In this document: positions 23,441 to 32,000 of the stretch, piece after piece
Layout of the letters: each line of letters starts with the position of its first letter
Position numbering within the stretch: the stretch's first letter is position 1
Assembly: GCF_014647915.1 (NCBI RefSeq)
Contig: NZ_BMQC01000003.1
Coordinates: 315,800-347,799 of the forward strand
Origin: Pilimelia terevasa
Lineage (GTDB): Bacteria; Actinomycetota; Actinomycetes; Mycobacteriales; Micromonosporaceae
Direction: 5' to 3'
DNA: 32,000 nt
Notes under the pieces: model-generated
Databases searched by the model: none
What the model saw: the letters and a program-made list of their open reading frames with translations, nothing else
Told to the model about the DNA's origin: nothing
Program-made: the position numbers and the translations under genes

Positions 23441-24391
23441 TCAGTACGCCGGCTGGGAGCCCTTGCGCACGAGGGTGCGGCCGGCCGGGGCCAGCAGCAC
23501 GATCCAGGACGAGGACCGGTACTGCGTCGTGGCCAGCAGCCGGGTGCCGTCGACGTAGGTCGACTCGCGGTCCAGGGGTTCGCCCCGCGTGCGGGTCGCG
23601 CCCGTGGCGAGGTCCTGCTCCTCCACGTGCAGCGGCTGGTCCTGGGCGGCCGTCGGCCCCTCGGCGTACGCGGAGTAGGTCAGCGCCGCGCCGTCGGGCC
23701 GGAACGAGGGCACCACGGCGAAGCCGGTCAGCGCGCTGCCGCCGCCGCCGTACCCGGCGACCAGCCGCTCGCCGCCGGTGGCGACGTTGCCCAGCGTCAG
23801 GCAGTCGTCGAGGACCGCCTCGCAGTCGCCGCCCCGGAAGGCGATCCGGGCGCCGTCGGGCGACCACGCGACCCCGTCGTCGTGGCGCAGCCGCGCGGTC
23901 AGCGAGCCGCCGGCCGCCTCGGGCGCGGGGGCCGGCGGGATCTCCCGGTCCCGGCACGCCGCCGGGAACAGGGCGGTGAGGGCGCCGCCGGTGGCGGGGG
24001 CGCGGTAGACGCCCGGCCCGCCCAGGCAGGCCGCCGACACCAGCGCCAGCGACCGCCCGTCGGGCGCCCAGGCGGCGCCGCCGACCGGGCGGGCGGTGAC
24101 CCGGGTGCGGGCCGTGCCGTCGGCCTTCATCACGTACACCTGGTCACCCCGCAGGACCACCAGCCGCGTGTGGTCCGGCGACCAGCGGGGGCGCCGGTGG
24201 CCGCCGCCGGTGGTGACGCGGCGCTCGGTCGGGCCCCGGGACACCCAGACGTCGCCGTCGCGGACATACGCCACGAGCTTGTCGAACACCGGCATCGCGG
24301 CCCGGGCCGGTGCGGGCGCGCCGAGCAGGCCGGCCGCCACCGCCGCCGCGGTGAGGACGGCCCCGGAGCCGCCGCGAAGAGCTCCGACCAT
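23441..24391 (-). CDS. secreted TolB-like beta-propeller protein (PD40/WD40-like repeats)
   Basis: ATG at 24391 with a GGGGAGG Shine-Dalgarno 7 nt upstream, within the longer ORF 23441..24619. Signal peptide ...LLGAPAPARA. Repeats of the type WSPDHTRLV, WAPDGRSLA, WSPDGARIAF, FRPDGAALTY. Confidence 0.85.
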   Translation of the reverse strand: MVGALRGGSGAVLTAAAVAAGLLGAPAPARAAMPVFDKLVAYVRDGDVWVSRGPTERRVTTGGGHRRPRWSPDHTRLVVLRGDQVYVMKADGTARTRVTARPVGGAAWAPDGRSLALVSAACLGGPGVYRAPATGGALTALFPAACRDREIPPAPAPEAAGGSLTARLRHDDGVAWSPDGARIAFRGGDCEAVLDDCLTLGNVATGGERLVAGYGGGGSALTGFAVVPSFRPDGAALTYSAYAEGPTAAQDQPLHVEEQDLATGATRTRGEPLDRESTYVDGTRLLATTQYRSSSWIVLLAPAGRTLVRKGSQPAY

Positions 24392-24650
24392 GACGTGCCT
24401 CCCCGACCTACTGCACCTGTACCAGGACCCATCGTCGCAACCGGCGTGCACCTGAGTTCTTCCCCGACGGCAACTGTCCGACTTTCTCCTGGGGACACGG
24501 CCGACTTCTCCCGAAGCCCGGCCGGCGACCCCCGCGGGCGGGTACACCTCCACAGGGGCGGTGTTCCGGGTGCACTCATGTCCGGGCCGGGACCGCCGAA
24601 GGGCAGTGCACTGGAGCACTGTCCGTACGCGATGGGGGTTGGCGGTACCC

Positions 24651-27389
24651 GTGTCAGTGGCGACCCAACTGGAGCGACGGCGCCTGCCCGTCGTGCTGAG
24701 CGCGGTCCTTCCCGCGCTCGCCGGCGGCGTGGCCGCCGTGCCCGGGCTGCCCGCGCCCTACCGGGCGCTCGGCGGCTGGCTCGTCGCCGCGCTCGCGGCC
24801 CTGCTCGCCGCCCGCCTGTTCGGGCAGGCCGGCGCGTACGCCGAGGGGCCCGCGCTGCTGCGCCGGTACTGGCGCCGGCTCTCGGCCGCGTCCGTCATCG
24901 TGGCCGTGGGGCTGGCCGTCTGCGCCGCGGGCGAGTTCCCCCTGCCGTACGTGCGGGAGGCCCGGCTCGGGGTCTTCGCGCTGGCGGTCCTCATGCTGTG
25001 CGTCGCCGTCTGGGGGCTGCCGGCGACGCCGCGGGCCGGGTACGACTGGCTGACCTTCGGCCTGGACTCCGTCACCGTGCTGGTGGCCGCGGCGCTGTTC
25101 GCCTGGCACTTCACCCTGCGCCACCTGCTGGACGGGCCGGCCCTGAGCCGCCCGACGCTGGTCAGCGTGGTGGCCCTGGCCGCCCTCAGCGTGTACGTCG
25201 TGGCCAAGGTCGGGCTCGCCTGGGCCGGCCCCGTCGACCAGCTCGCCAACGCCCTGCTCGGCCTCGGCCTGCTCGCCGGGATCCTCTCGGGCGCGCTGCT
25301 GAAGCTGCCGTACGTGACGCCGGGCACCCCGCTGCTGCACCTGGGCATCCCGCTGGCGACCGTGCTGTGGGTGCTGGCCGCGCGGCGCCAGCTCCGGGTG
25401 ATCCCGGGCCGGCACCACCGCAAGCACTCGGCGCACCGGCCGTTCAGCCTGCTGCCGTACTCCGGCGTCATCGCCGTCGGCGGGCTGCTGCTCATCGAGG
25501 GCGCCGACTCCGGGCGCGAGGGCCGGATCATCGTCACCGGCGCCGTCATCCTGGTGACGCTCGTCCTGGTCCGGCAGCTCGCCGCCTTCTACGAGAACGC
25601 CCGGCTGCTGCGCCAGCTCGACGCGAGCATGCAGGAGGTCCGCAACCACGAGCGGCGGTTCCGCTCGATGGTGCAGCAGGCGTCGGACATCATCGTCATC
25701 ACCTCGCCCACCGGCGAGGTCAGCTACGCCTCGCCCGCGCTGCGCCAGCTCATCGGCGTCGAGCCGGACGAGACCGCCGGCTTAAACCTGAGCAGGTACT
25801 TCCACCCGGACGACCTGGAGACGGTCAACCAGCAGGCGCAGGAGGTCGCGTCGGTGCCCGGCAGCGTCGCCACGTACCGCGCGCGGATCGCCGACGCCCA
25901 GGGCGCCTACCGCTGGCTGGAGATCGTCAGCACGAACCTGCTGGCCGACCCGAGCGTCCGCGGCATCGTGTCCAACGCCCGCGACATCACCGACATGCTG
26001 CGGTACCAGCAGCAGCTCACCCACCAGGCCACCCACGACGAGCTGACCAAGCTGCCCAACCGGGCCCTGCTGCTCGACCGGCTGGAGCGGGCGCTGGCCC
26101 CGCGCGGCACCGACGTCAACGCCGGGCAGATCAGCGTGGCGCTGGTCGACCTCGACGACTTCAAGGCGTTCAACGACCGGCTCGGCCACGCCGTCGGCGA
26201 CGGCCTGCTCGTCGGGATGGGCCGGATCCTGTCCCGCGCCGTCGGCCCGCACGACACCGTGGCCCGCCTGGGCGGCGACGAGTTCGCCGTCCTGATGACC
26301 GGCGTGACCCCGGACAAGGCCGCCGAGATCATCAACAAGATCATCGTGGCGCTGGAGACGCCGATGATCGTGGACGGGTACGAGCTGCTCGTCGGCGCCA
26401 GCATCGGACTGGCCCACGGCCAGGCCGGCGAGGACCCGGCCGAGCTGCTGCGCCGCGCCGACGTGGCGCTGTACGCGGCCAAGGACCACGGCAAGGGCCG
26501 CTACGCCGCGTACGACCTGGAGCTGGACCGGCGCAGCGTCCAGCACGCCGAGCTGGGCGCCGAGCTGCGCCAGGCGCTGGGCACCCACGGCCAGCTCCAC
26601 CTCGTGTACCAGCCCATCGTCACCCTCCCCGAGGGCCAGATCACCGGCGTCGAGGCGCTGATCCGCTGGCAGCACCCGCAGCGCGGGCTGATCCCGCCGA
26701 GCGAGTTCATCCCCGTCGCCGAGCGGACGGGCCTCATCGTGCCCCTCGGCCGCTGGATCATGCGCGAGGCGGCGGCCCAGGCCGCGGCGTGGGCCGACGA
26801 CCCGGCGACCGCCTCGATCACGATGAGCGTCAACGTGTCCGCCCGGCAGCTCCGCGAGCCCGGCTTCCCCGAGGAGCTGGCCGCCGTGCTGCACGAGACC
26901 GGGCTGGAGCCGTCGCGGTTCACCGTCGAGGTGACCGAGACCGCGGTGTTCGACAGCGACGCGGCGCTGACCGCGCTGCGCGGCATCCACCGCCTCGGCG
27001 CCCGGGTCGCCCTCGACGACTTCGGCACCGGCCACTCCTCGCTCGGCCTGCTGCGGACCTGCCCGGTCGACATCCTCAAGGTGGACAAGTCCTTCGTCGA
27101 CGGCGTCACCGGCACCGCCGAGCAGGCCGCCATCGCCATCTCGCTGATCCAGATCACCTCGACGCTGCGGCTGGCCGCCGTCGCCGAGGGCGTCGAGACC
27201 GCCGAGCAGGCCGAGGTGCTGCACCGCCTCGGGTACCGGCTGGCCCAGGGCTTCTACTTCTCCCGGCCGGCGTCGCCGGGCCAGATCTACCCGCTGCTGA
27301 CCCGGGCCGCGCACGCGCAGGAGGTCGCCGCCGACCCGTACCGGGGCGTGCACCCCGACGGGCCCTCGGCCCGGCACCGGGCGGCGTGA
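24651..27389 (+). CDS. polytopic membrane sensor with PAS, GGDEF and EAL domains (c-di-GMP turnover)
   Basis: Frame of ORF 24561..27389; start is uncertain (GTG 24651/24657 or ATG 24561). About 9 TM segments. PAS (FRSMVQQASDIIVITSP...). GGDEF intact (RLGGDEFAV). EAL intact (EALIRW, NVSARQ, EVTE, DDFGTGHSSL, KVDKSF, EGVET, QGFYFSRP). Confidence 0.9.
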   Translation: MSVATQLERRRLPVVLSAVLPALAGGVAAVPGLPAPYRALGGWLVAALAALLAARLFGQAGAYAEGPALLRRYWRRLSAASVIVAVGLAVCAAGEFPLPYVREARLGVFALAVLMLCVAVWGLPATPRAGYDWLTFGLDSVTVLVAAALFAWHFTLRHLLDGPALSRPTLVSVVALAALSVYVVAKVGLAWAGPVDQLANALLGLGLLAGILSGALLKLPYVTPGTPLLHLGIPLATVLWVLAARRQLRVIPGRHHRKHSAHRPFSLLPYSGVIAVGGLLLIEGADSGREGRIIVTGAVILVTLVLVRQLAAFYENARLLRQLDASMQEVRNHERRFRSMVQQASDIIVITSPTGEVSYASPALRQLIGVEPDETAGLNLSRYFHPDDLETVNQQAQEVASVPGSVATYRARIADAQGAYRWLEIVSTNLLADPSVRGIVSNARDITDMLRYQQQLTHQATHDELTKLPNRALLLDRLERALAPRGTDVNAGQISVALVDLDDFKAFNDRLGHAVGDGLLVGMGRILSRAVGPHDTVARLGGDEFAVLMTGVTPDKAAEIINKIIVALETPMIVDGYELLVGASIGLAHGQAGEDPAELLRRADVALYAAKDHGKGRYAAYDLELDRRSVQHAELGAELRQALGTHGQLHLVYQPIVTLPEGQITGVEALIRWQHPQRGLIPPSEFIPVAERTGLIVPLGRWIMREAAAQAAAWADDPATASITMSVNVSARQLREPGFPEELAAVLHETGLEPSRFTVEVTETAVFDSDAALTALRGIHRLGARVALDDFGTGHSSLGLLRTCPVDILKVDKSFVDGVTGTAEQAAIAISLIQITSTLRLAAVAEGVETAEQAEVLHRLGYRLAQGFYFSRPASPGQIYPLLTRAAHAQEVAADPYRGVHPDGPSARHRAA

Positions 27390-28831
27390 TGGCGCGACCC
27401 GCCCACCCGTACTTCCTGATCTACCTGACGGTGTCGCTGACGGCCACCGGCGTGCACGCCCTGCTCGGCCCGCAGGCCCGCGCCGTCACCTACGTCCTGA
27501 TCGCCGGCGGCGCGCTGGTCCCGCTGGTGCGCGGCCTGCGCGGCGGGTACATGACCGCCCGGCCCGCCAACTGGCTGCTCGTGCTCGCCATGGCCGTCCT
27601 CGGCGTCGGCAACGTGTGCGCCAGCCTCGCCGTGCTGTGGCGGCCCGGGATGGCGGTCGGCGCGGAGATCGCCATCAGCCTCGGCCACCTGCTCGCGCTC
27701 GCCTCCGCCCTCAGTACCGCCGCCATCCGCGGCCGCAACGACCTCGGCGGCCTGATCGACGTCGCCGTCGTGTCGATGGCCGGCGGCGGGCTGCTGTGGA
27801 CGGCGGTCATCCAGCCGCGGCTGGTCGACACCGGCGCCGGGTCCCAGATCGGCCTGCTGGTGAACATCCTCGTCCTGACCGGCGTCCTCGGCACGCTGGC
27901 CCGGCTCGCGCAGACCGCCGCCGAGCCGATCGTGTCGATCCGGCTGATCCTGGCCGCCCTGGTGCTGGCCCTCGTCGGCAACGTCGCCATGGCGATGACC
28001 GTCGGCTCGCTCACCGTCGGCCGGCCGGTGTGGGCGGAGGTGGCGTTCCTGACCACGTACACGCTGCTCGGCGCCATCGGCGTGCACCCCTCGACGCTCC
28101 AGTTCGCCGAGACGCCGCCCGCCCGGAACGAGCCGCTGAGCCCGCGCCGGCTGGCGTTCCTCGGCGTCGCGATGGCCGTGGGCCCGGTCGTGGGGGCGGG
28201 GCGCGAACTGCTCGGGTTCGCCGTCGACGGGCCGCTGCTGGCGCTCGGGACGCTGTCCACGGTCCCGCTGGTGATGCTGCGGATCGGGTACCTGTCCGCC
28301 AAGCGCAACCAGGCCGAGCGGGAGCTGACCCACCAGGCCACCCACGACCCGCTCACCGGCCTGGTGAACCGCGCCGAGGTGCTGCGCCGGCTGGACGACG
28401 CGCTGGCCCGCCGCGCCGCCGGGGGCGGCAACGACGTCCTCGTGATGTTCGCCGACCTGGACGGCTTCAAGGCCGTCAACGACCGCCTGGGCCACGCCGT
28501 CGGCGACGACCTGCTCGCGGCCGTGGCCCGCCGGCTGCGCGGCCTGGTCGCCGCGCGCGACACCCTCGCCCGGTACGGCGGCGACGAGTTCCTGCTGCTC
28601 GTGGAGACCAGCAACCCCGTCGCCGCGCAGGCCAGCATCGGCCGCCGGATCCGGGCGGCGCTCGCCGCGCCGTTCGACCTGGCCGAGGCGCGCGACGTCC
28701 GGGTGGGGATCAGCCTCGGCGCCGTGGTGGCCGACCGCGGCGACCTGGCCGACGCGCTGGTCAGCCGCGCGGACAGCCAGATGTACGCCGCCAAGCAGCG
28801 GCGCCGCGGCGGCCTGGCCGCGAGCGCCTGA
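27389..28831 (+). CDS. polytopic membrane diguanylate cyclase (GGDEF domain)
   Basis: ATG at 27389 overlaps the upstream TGA (TGATG). It is the last quarter of the 1842-aa track ORF 23303..28831. About 9-10 TM segments, then HDPLTGLVNR, DLDGFKAVND, RYGGDEFLL, SQMYAAK. Confidence 0.9.
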   Translation: MARPAHPYFLIYLTVSLTATGVHALLGPQARAVTYVLIAGGALVPLVRGLRGGYMTARPANWLLVLAMAVLGVGNVCASLAVLWRPGMAVGAEIAISLGHLLALASALSTAAIRGRNDLGGLIDVAVVSMAGGGLLWTAVIQPRLVDTGAGSQIGLLVNILVLTGVLGTLARLAQTAAEPIVSIRLILAALVLALVGNVAMAMTVGSLTVGRPVWAEVAFLTTYTLLGAIGVHPSTLQFAETPPARNEPLSPRRLAFLGVAMAVGPVVGAGRELLGFAVDGPLLALGTLSTVPLVMLRIGYLSAKRNQAERELTHQATHDPLTGLVNRAEVLRRLDDALARRAAGGGNDVLVMFADLDGFKAVNDRLGHAVGDDLLAAVARRLRGLVAARDTLARYGGDEFLLLVETSNPVAAQASIGRRIRAALAAPFDLAEARDVRVGISLGAVVADRGDLADALVSRADSQMYAAKQRRRGGLAASA

Positions 28832-28833
28832 GC

Positions 28834-28856
28834 CCGCCGCCGCGGTCCGGCGGCGG
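28834..28856 (+). terminator. GC-only hairpin after the GGDEF gene (possible terminator, no U-tract)
   Basis: CCGCCGCCG-cggtc-CGGCGGCGG, starting 3 nt after the stop at 28831. Confidence 0.35.
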
Positions 28857-28969
28857 AGCGCCGCCACGGCGGGCGCGGGCCGTCCGGGCGGGTGACCCGG
28901 CGGCCGGCGACCCGAATCCGCGGCGGCGCGCACCGCGCCGGGGCCGGCGGGGCGGGGTACGGTAACGGC

Positions 28970-30574
28970 GTGTCTGCGGTGGGCGCTCCGGCATCCGTCG
29001 GGGGAAACTCCCCCGCTGGCCGAGCGACCGCGGGCCGAGCAGCCGACTCCCGGCCCGCTGCGGACCGGGCCGGCGCGGGCCGGGGAGGCCCGGGCCGGGA
29101 TCTGCGTGGCGGCGCGGACCACGTCGTCGTCGTGGGGGCCGGGCTCGGGGGGCTGGCCTGCGCGCTGCACCTGGCCGGCGCGGGCCGGCGGGTCACCGTC
29201 CTGGAGCGCGACGACGCGCCGGGCGGCCGGGCCGGGCGGCTGAGCCTGGACGGGTACCACCACGACACCGGGCCGACCGTGCTGACCATGCCGGACCTCA
29301 TCGCCGAGGCCCTCGGCGCCGTCGGCGAGGAGCTGGCCGACTGGCTGCCGATGACCCGGCTCGAACCGGCGTACCGCGCGTTCTACCCCGACGGCTCCAC
29401 GCTGGACGTCCACGCCGACCCCGACCGGATGGCCGACGAGGTCGCCCGCGTCTGCGGCCCGCGGGAGGCCGCCGGGTACCGCCGCTTCGTCGCCTACGCC
29501 GCGCGGATGTGGCGCTACCAGCGCGACGACTTCATCGGCCGGCACCTGGACTCCCCCCGCGACCTGCTGACCCCGAACCTGGCCCGGCTCGTCGCCGCGG
29601 GCGGCCTGCGCCGCCTGGACACCAAGATCAATCAGTTCTTCCGGGACCCGCGGACCCGCCGCGTCTTCTCGTTCCAGTCGATGTACGCCGGCCTGGCCCC
29701 CCGCCAGGCGCTGGCCATCTACACCGTCATCGCCTACCTCGACTCGGTGGCCGGCGTGTACCACCCGCGCGGCGGGCTGCACGCGGTCGCGCAGGCGCTG
29801 GCCGGGGCGGCGCGCAAGCACGGCGTGACCCTGCGGTACGACACGCCGGTGGAGCGGGTCGAGACCGCCCACGGGCGGGCCACCGCCGTGGTCACCGTCG
29901 GCGGCGAGCGCGTGGCCGCCGACGCCGTGGTCCTTAACCCCGACCTCGCGGCGGCGTACGACCTGCTGCCCGGCCCGCCCCTGCGCCGCCGGCTGCGCTA
30001 CTCCCCCTCGGCGGTTGTCCTGCACCTCGGCGCCGCCGCCGGGTACGGCGCCATCGCGCACCACAACATCCACTTCGGCCGGGCCTGGCGGCGGACGTTC
30101 GACGAGGTCATCTCCGACGGCGTGCTGATGTCCGACCCGTCCCTGCTGGTCACCAACCCGAGCCGCACCGACCCGGGCGTCGCCCCGCCGGGACGGCACA
30201 CCTACTACGTGCTCGCCCCCGTGCCGAACCTGGACCGGGCGCCCCTGGCCTGGCGGTCCGGCCTCGCCGAGTGGTACGCGGACTCGCTGGTCGCCACCCT
30301 GGAGGAGCGCGGCTACCGCGGCCTCGGCGCCGCGGTGGAGAGCCGGCGGATCGTCACCCCGGCCGACTGGGCCGCCCGCGGCATGGCGGCCGGTACGCCG
30401 TTCGCCGCCGCCCACACCCTCCGGCAGACCGGGCCGTTCCGCCCGGGCAACCGGCACCCCGCCCTGGCGAATGTGGTGTTCACCGGCTCGGGCACCCAGC
30501 CCGGCGTCGGAGTCCCGATGGTGTTGATCTCCGGACGGCTCGCCGCGGAGCGGGTCGCCGGAACCCTGAGGTGA
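28970..30574 (+). CDS. crtI: phytoene desaturase family FAD-dependent oxidoreductase (CrtI-like)
   Basis: Frame of ORF 28892..30574. Motifs: VVVGAGLGGLACALHLAGAGRRVTVLERDDAPGGRA (dinucleotide fold), GPTVLTMP, GVYHPRGG, C-terminal FTGSGTQPGVGVPMVLISG. Start is uncertain (GTG 28970/28979 or ATG 28892), and GC3 is lower before about 29100. Confidence 0.88.
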   Translation: MSAVGAPASVGGNSPAGRATAGRAADSRPAADRAGAGRGGPGRDLRGGADHVVVVGAGLGGLACALHLAGAGRRVTVLERDDAPGGRAGRLSLDGYHHDTGPTVLTMPDLIAEALGAVGEELADWLPMTRLEPAYRAFYPDGSTLDVHADPDRMADEVARVCGPREAAGYRRFVAYAARMWRYQRDDFIGRHLDSPRDLLTPNLARLVAAGGLRRLDTKINQFFRDPRTRRVFSFQSMYAGLAPRQALAIYTVIAYLDSVAGVYHPRGGLHAVAQALAGAARKHGVTLRYDTPVERVETAHGRATAVVTVGGERVAADAVVLNPDLAAAYDLLPGPPLRRRLRYSPSAVVLHLGAAAGYGAIAHHNIHFGRAWRRTFDEVISDGVLMSDPSLLVTNPSRTDPGVAPPGRHTYYVLAPVPNLDRAPLAWRSGLAEWYADSLVATLEERGYRGLGAAVESRRIVTPADWAARGMAAGTPFAAAHTLRQTGPFRPGNRHPALANVVFTGSGTQPGVGVPMVLISGRLAAERVAGTLR

Positions 30575-30587
30575 GCGAGGTGGCACG

Positions 30588-31157
30588 TTGAGCGGAGTCG
30601 GCGCGACCAGCGGCATCAGCGGCACGGTGCGGTCCCGGGAGCAGCTCCCCGTCGAACTGGTCGACCCGGAGGGCCGGGCCTGCGGCACGGCCACCGTGCA
30701 GGAGGCGCACCGGCCGCCCGGCCGGCTCCACCGGGCGTTCTCGATCATCCTGCTCGACCCGGACGGGCGGATCCTGCTCCAGCGGCGGGCCGCCACCAAG
30801 ACCCGGTTCCCGGGCCGGTGGGCCAACACCTGCTGCGGCCACCCCGGCCCCGGGGAGCCCGTCGTCGAGGCCGCCCGGCGGCGGCTGCGCGAGGAGCTGG
30901 GCGTCGAGGCGGCGCTCGCCGAGGTCGGCCGGTACTCGTACCAGGCGGAGGATCCGGCCAGCGGGCTCGTGGAGTGCGAATTCGACCACGTCCTGCGCGG
31001 GGCGCTGGCCGCCGACGCCCCGCTGCACCCCGATCCGGCCGAGATCGACGAGGTGCGCTGGGCGGAGCTCGACGCGGTGCGCCGGGCCGTCCGGGCCGCG
31101 CCGCACGCGTACGCCCCGTGGCTGGCGGGCGTGCTGGCCACCCTCGTCGATGCCTGA
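30588..31157 (+). CDS. idi: isopentenyl-diphosphate delta-isomerase, type 1 (Nudix fold)
   Basis: TTG at 30588, 13 nt after the crtI stop. Motifs: LHRAFSIILLD, WANTCCGHP, RRLREELG, ECEFDHV. Confidence 0.88.
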   Translation: MSGVGATSGISGTVRSREQLPVELVDPEGRACGTATVQEAHRPPGRLHRAFSIILLDPDGRILLQRRAATKTRFPGRWANTCCGHPGPGEPVVEAARRRLREELGVEAALAEVGRYSYQAEDPASGLVECEFDHVLRGALAADAPLHPDPAEIDEVRWAELDAVRRAVRAAPHAYAPWLAGVLATLVDA

Positions 31158-31244
31158 CATCCGCAGAATGGCCTGTTCGACCCCTTAGCAGGGGTGCGGC
31201 GGGGCGATACGGTGGGCGCACCCCACAGTTTCCCGGAGCGCCAC

Positions 31245-32000
31245 GTGACCCGACGCCCTGCCGTACTGGGCACCGCCGTCCTCGCCGGTGTCCTCCTCGG
31301 CACGCAGGTGCTGGCCGGCTGGCTGGCCCGCCCCGAGGTGCGCCCCGTCGCCGCCGAGCGGCCGGCCACCGCCGCGCCGCCGACCGCCGGCCCGGGCGGC
31401 AGCGCGCCCGCCCCGGCGGTACCGTCGCGCGCGCCCACGGCCGGACCGCCGACGGCCGGCCCGAGCGGCCCGCCCCCGGCCCGGCCGCCGCGCGGCACCC
31501 GGCCCGCCCGGCCGACCACCGGCGTCTTCGCGGCCGGGGTGATCACCCGGACCCGCGGCACCGGCGTCACGCTGACCTTCGACGACGGCCCCTCGCCGGT
31601 GCACACGCCGCAGATCCTGGCGCTGCTGCGCGCCCAGGGCGTCCGGGCCATGTTCTGCGTGGTGGGCAGCCAGGCCGAGGCCCACCCGGAGCTGATCCAG
31701 CAGATCGCCCGGGAGGGCCACCAGCTCTGCAACCACAGCTGGAACCACGAGCTGCGGCTCGGCCGCGGCACCCCGACCCAGATCCGGGCGAACCTGCGCC
31801 GCACCAACGACGCGATCCGCAAGGCCGTCCCGGGCGCCCCCGTCACCCACTTCCGCCACCCCGGGGGCAACTGGACCCCCGCCGCGATCCAGGCCTCCCG
31901 CGAGCTGGGCATGGTCCCCACGGGCTGGGCGGTCGACCCGCGCGACTGGGCCCGCCCGCCGGCCGGGGCGATCGCGTCGACGGTGCTCAAGGGCTCGCGG
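31245..32000 (+). CDS. secreted polysaccharide deacetylase (CE4, NodB domain), 3-prime partial at window end
   Basis: Not in the ORF track because no stop is reached. GTG at 31245 in a frame with near-100 percent GC3. TM/signal segment (AVLGTAVLAGVLLGTQVLAG), Pro/Ala-rich linker, then LTFDDGP, CNHSWNH, FRHPGG. Confidence 0.85.
   Translation, partial: MTRRPAVLGTAVLAGVLLGTQVLAGWLARPEVRPVAAERPATAAPPTAGPGGSAPAPAVPSRAPTAGPPTAGPSGPPPARPPRGTRPARPTTGVFAAGVITRTRGTGVTLTFDDGPSPVHTPQILALLRAQGVRAMFCVVGSQAEAHPELIQQIAREGHQLCNHSWNHELRLGRGTPTQIRANLRRTNDAIRKAVPGAPVTHFRHPGGNWTPAAIQASRELGMVPTGWAVDPRDWARPPAGAIASTVLKGSR

Noticed and set aside
23303-27388. The first three-quarters of the 1842-aa + strand ORF 23303..28831.
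   Set aside because: Only the part from the ATG at 27389 onward has TM helices and a GGDEF domain. The upstream part is Arg/Pro/Gly-rich. It also overlaps the TolB-like gene antisense and the PAS-GGDEF-EAL gene out of frame.
27287-31990. 1567-aa minus-strand ORF, the longest in the track.
   Set aside because: It is antisense to four well-supported + strand genes (GGDEF, crtI, idi, CE4). Its translation is low-complexity and rich in Arg, Pro, Gly and Ala, with no recognisable motif. This is a typical open antisense frame of high-GC DNA.

Overview
High-GC actinobacterial chromosomal segment; third codon positions are almost all G/C, which produces many long spurious antisense ORFs. I support 30 protein-coding genes. 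I found no rRNA, tRNA, CRISPR array, transposase or integrase.

Gene content, left to right:
- P450 plus 3Fe-4S ferredoxin pair.
- DevR/DosR-like NarL-family response regulator.
- Two divergently transcribed paralogous secreted jelly-roll-like proteins.
- Five-gene minus-strand exopolysaccharide operon: WecC/TviB-type nucleotide-sugar dehydrogenase, hyaluronan-synthase/NodC-like GT2, then three different CE4 deacetylase-family proteins.
- DevS/DosS-like double-GAF histidine kinase.
- M28 aminopeptidase.
- Small acidic secreted protein.
- Translationally coupled photolyase-tspO-SDR/DUF2867 operon.
- Membrane-fused spermidine-synthase-like protein.
- Lysozyme-like (SLT-like) protein behind a long GC-poor leader.
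- YihY/BrkB membrane protein.
- TolB-like beta-propeller.
- Coupled PAS-GGDEF-EAL and GGDEF membrane proteins.
- crtI, idi and a fourth CE4 deacetylase that runs off the window.

The most interesting candidate is the synthase/dehydrogenase/triple-deacetylase locus, bracketed by a split DevR/DevS-like pair and flanked by the paralogous secreted proteins. It may make a partly de-N-acetylated HexNAc/HexNAc-uronic acid polymer. Secondary candidates are a possible cis-regulatory leader RNA at about 20.99-21.29 kb, a Dos-box-like palindrome in front of the regulator, and a C-terminally short photolyase coupled to tspO.

All functional calls rest on motifs read by eye and on remembered family signatures. 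No database search was run.
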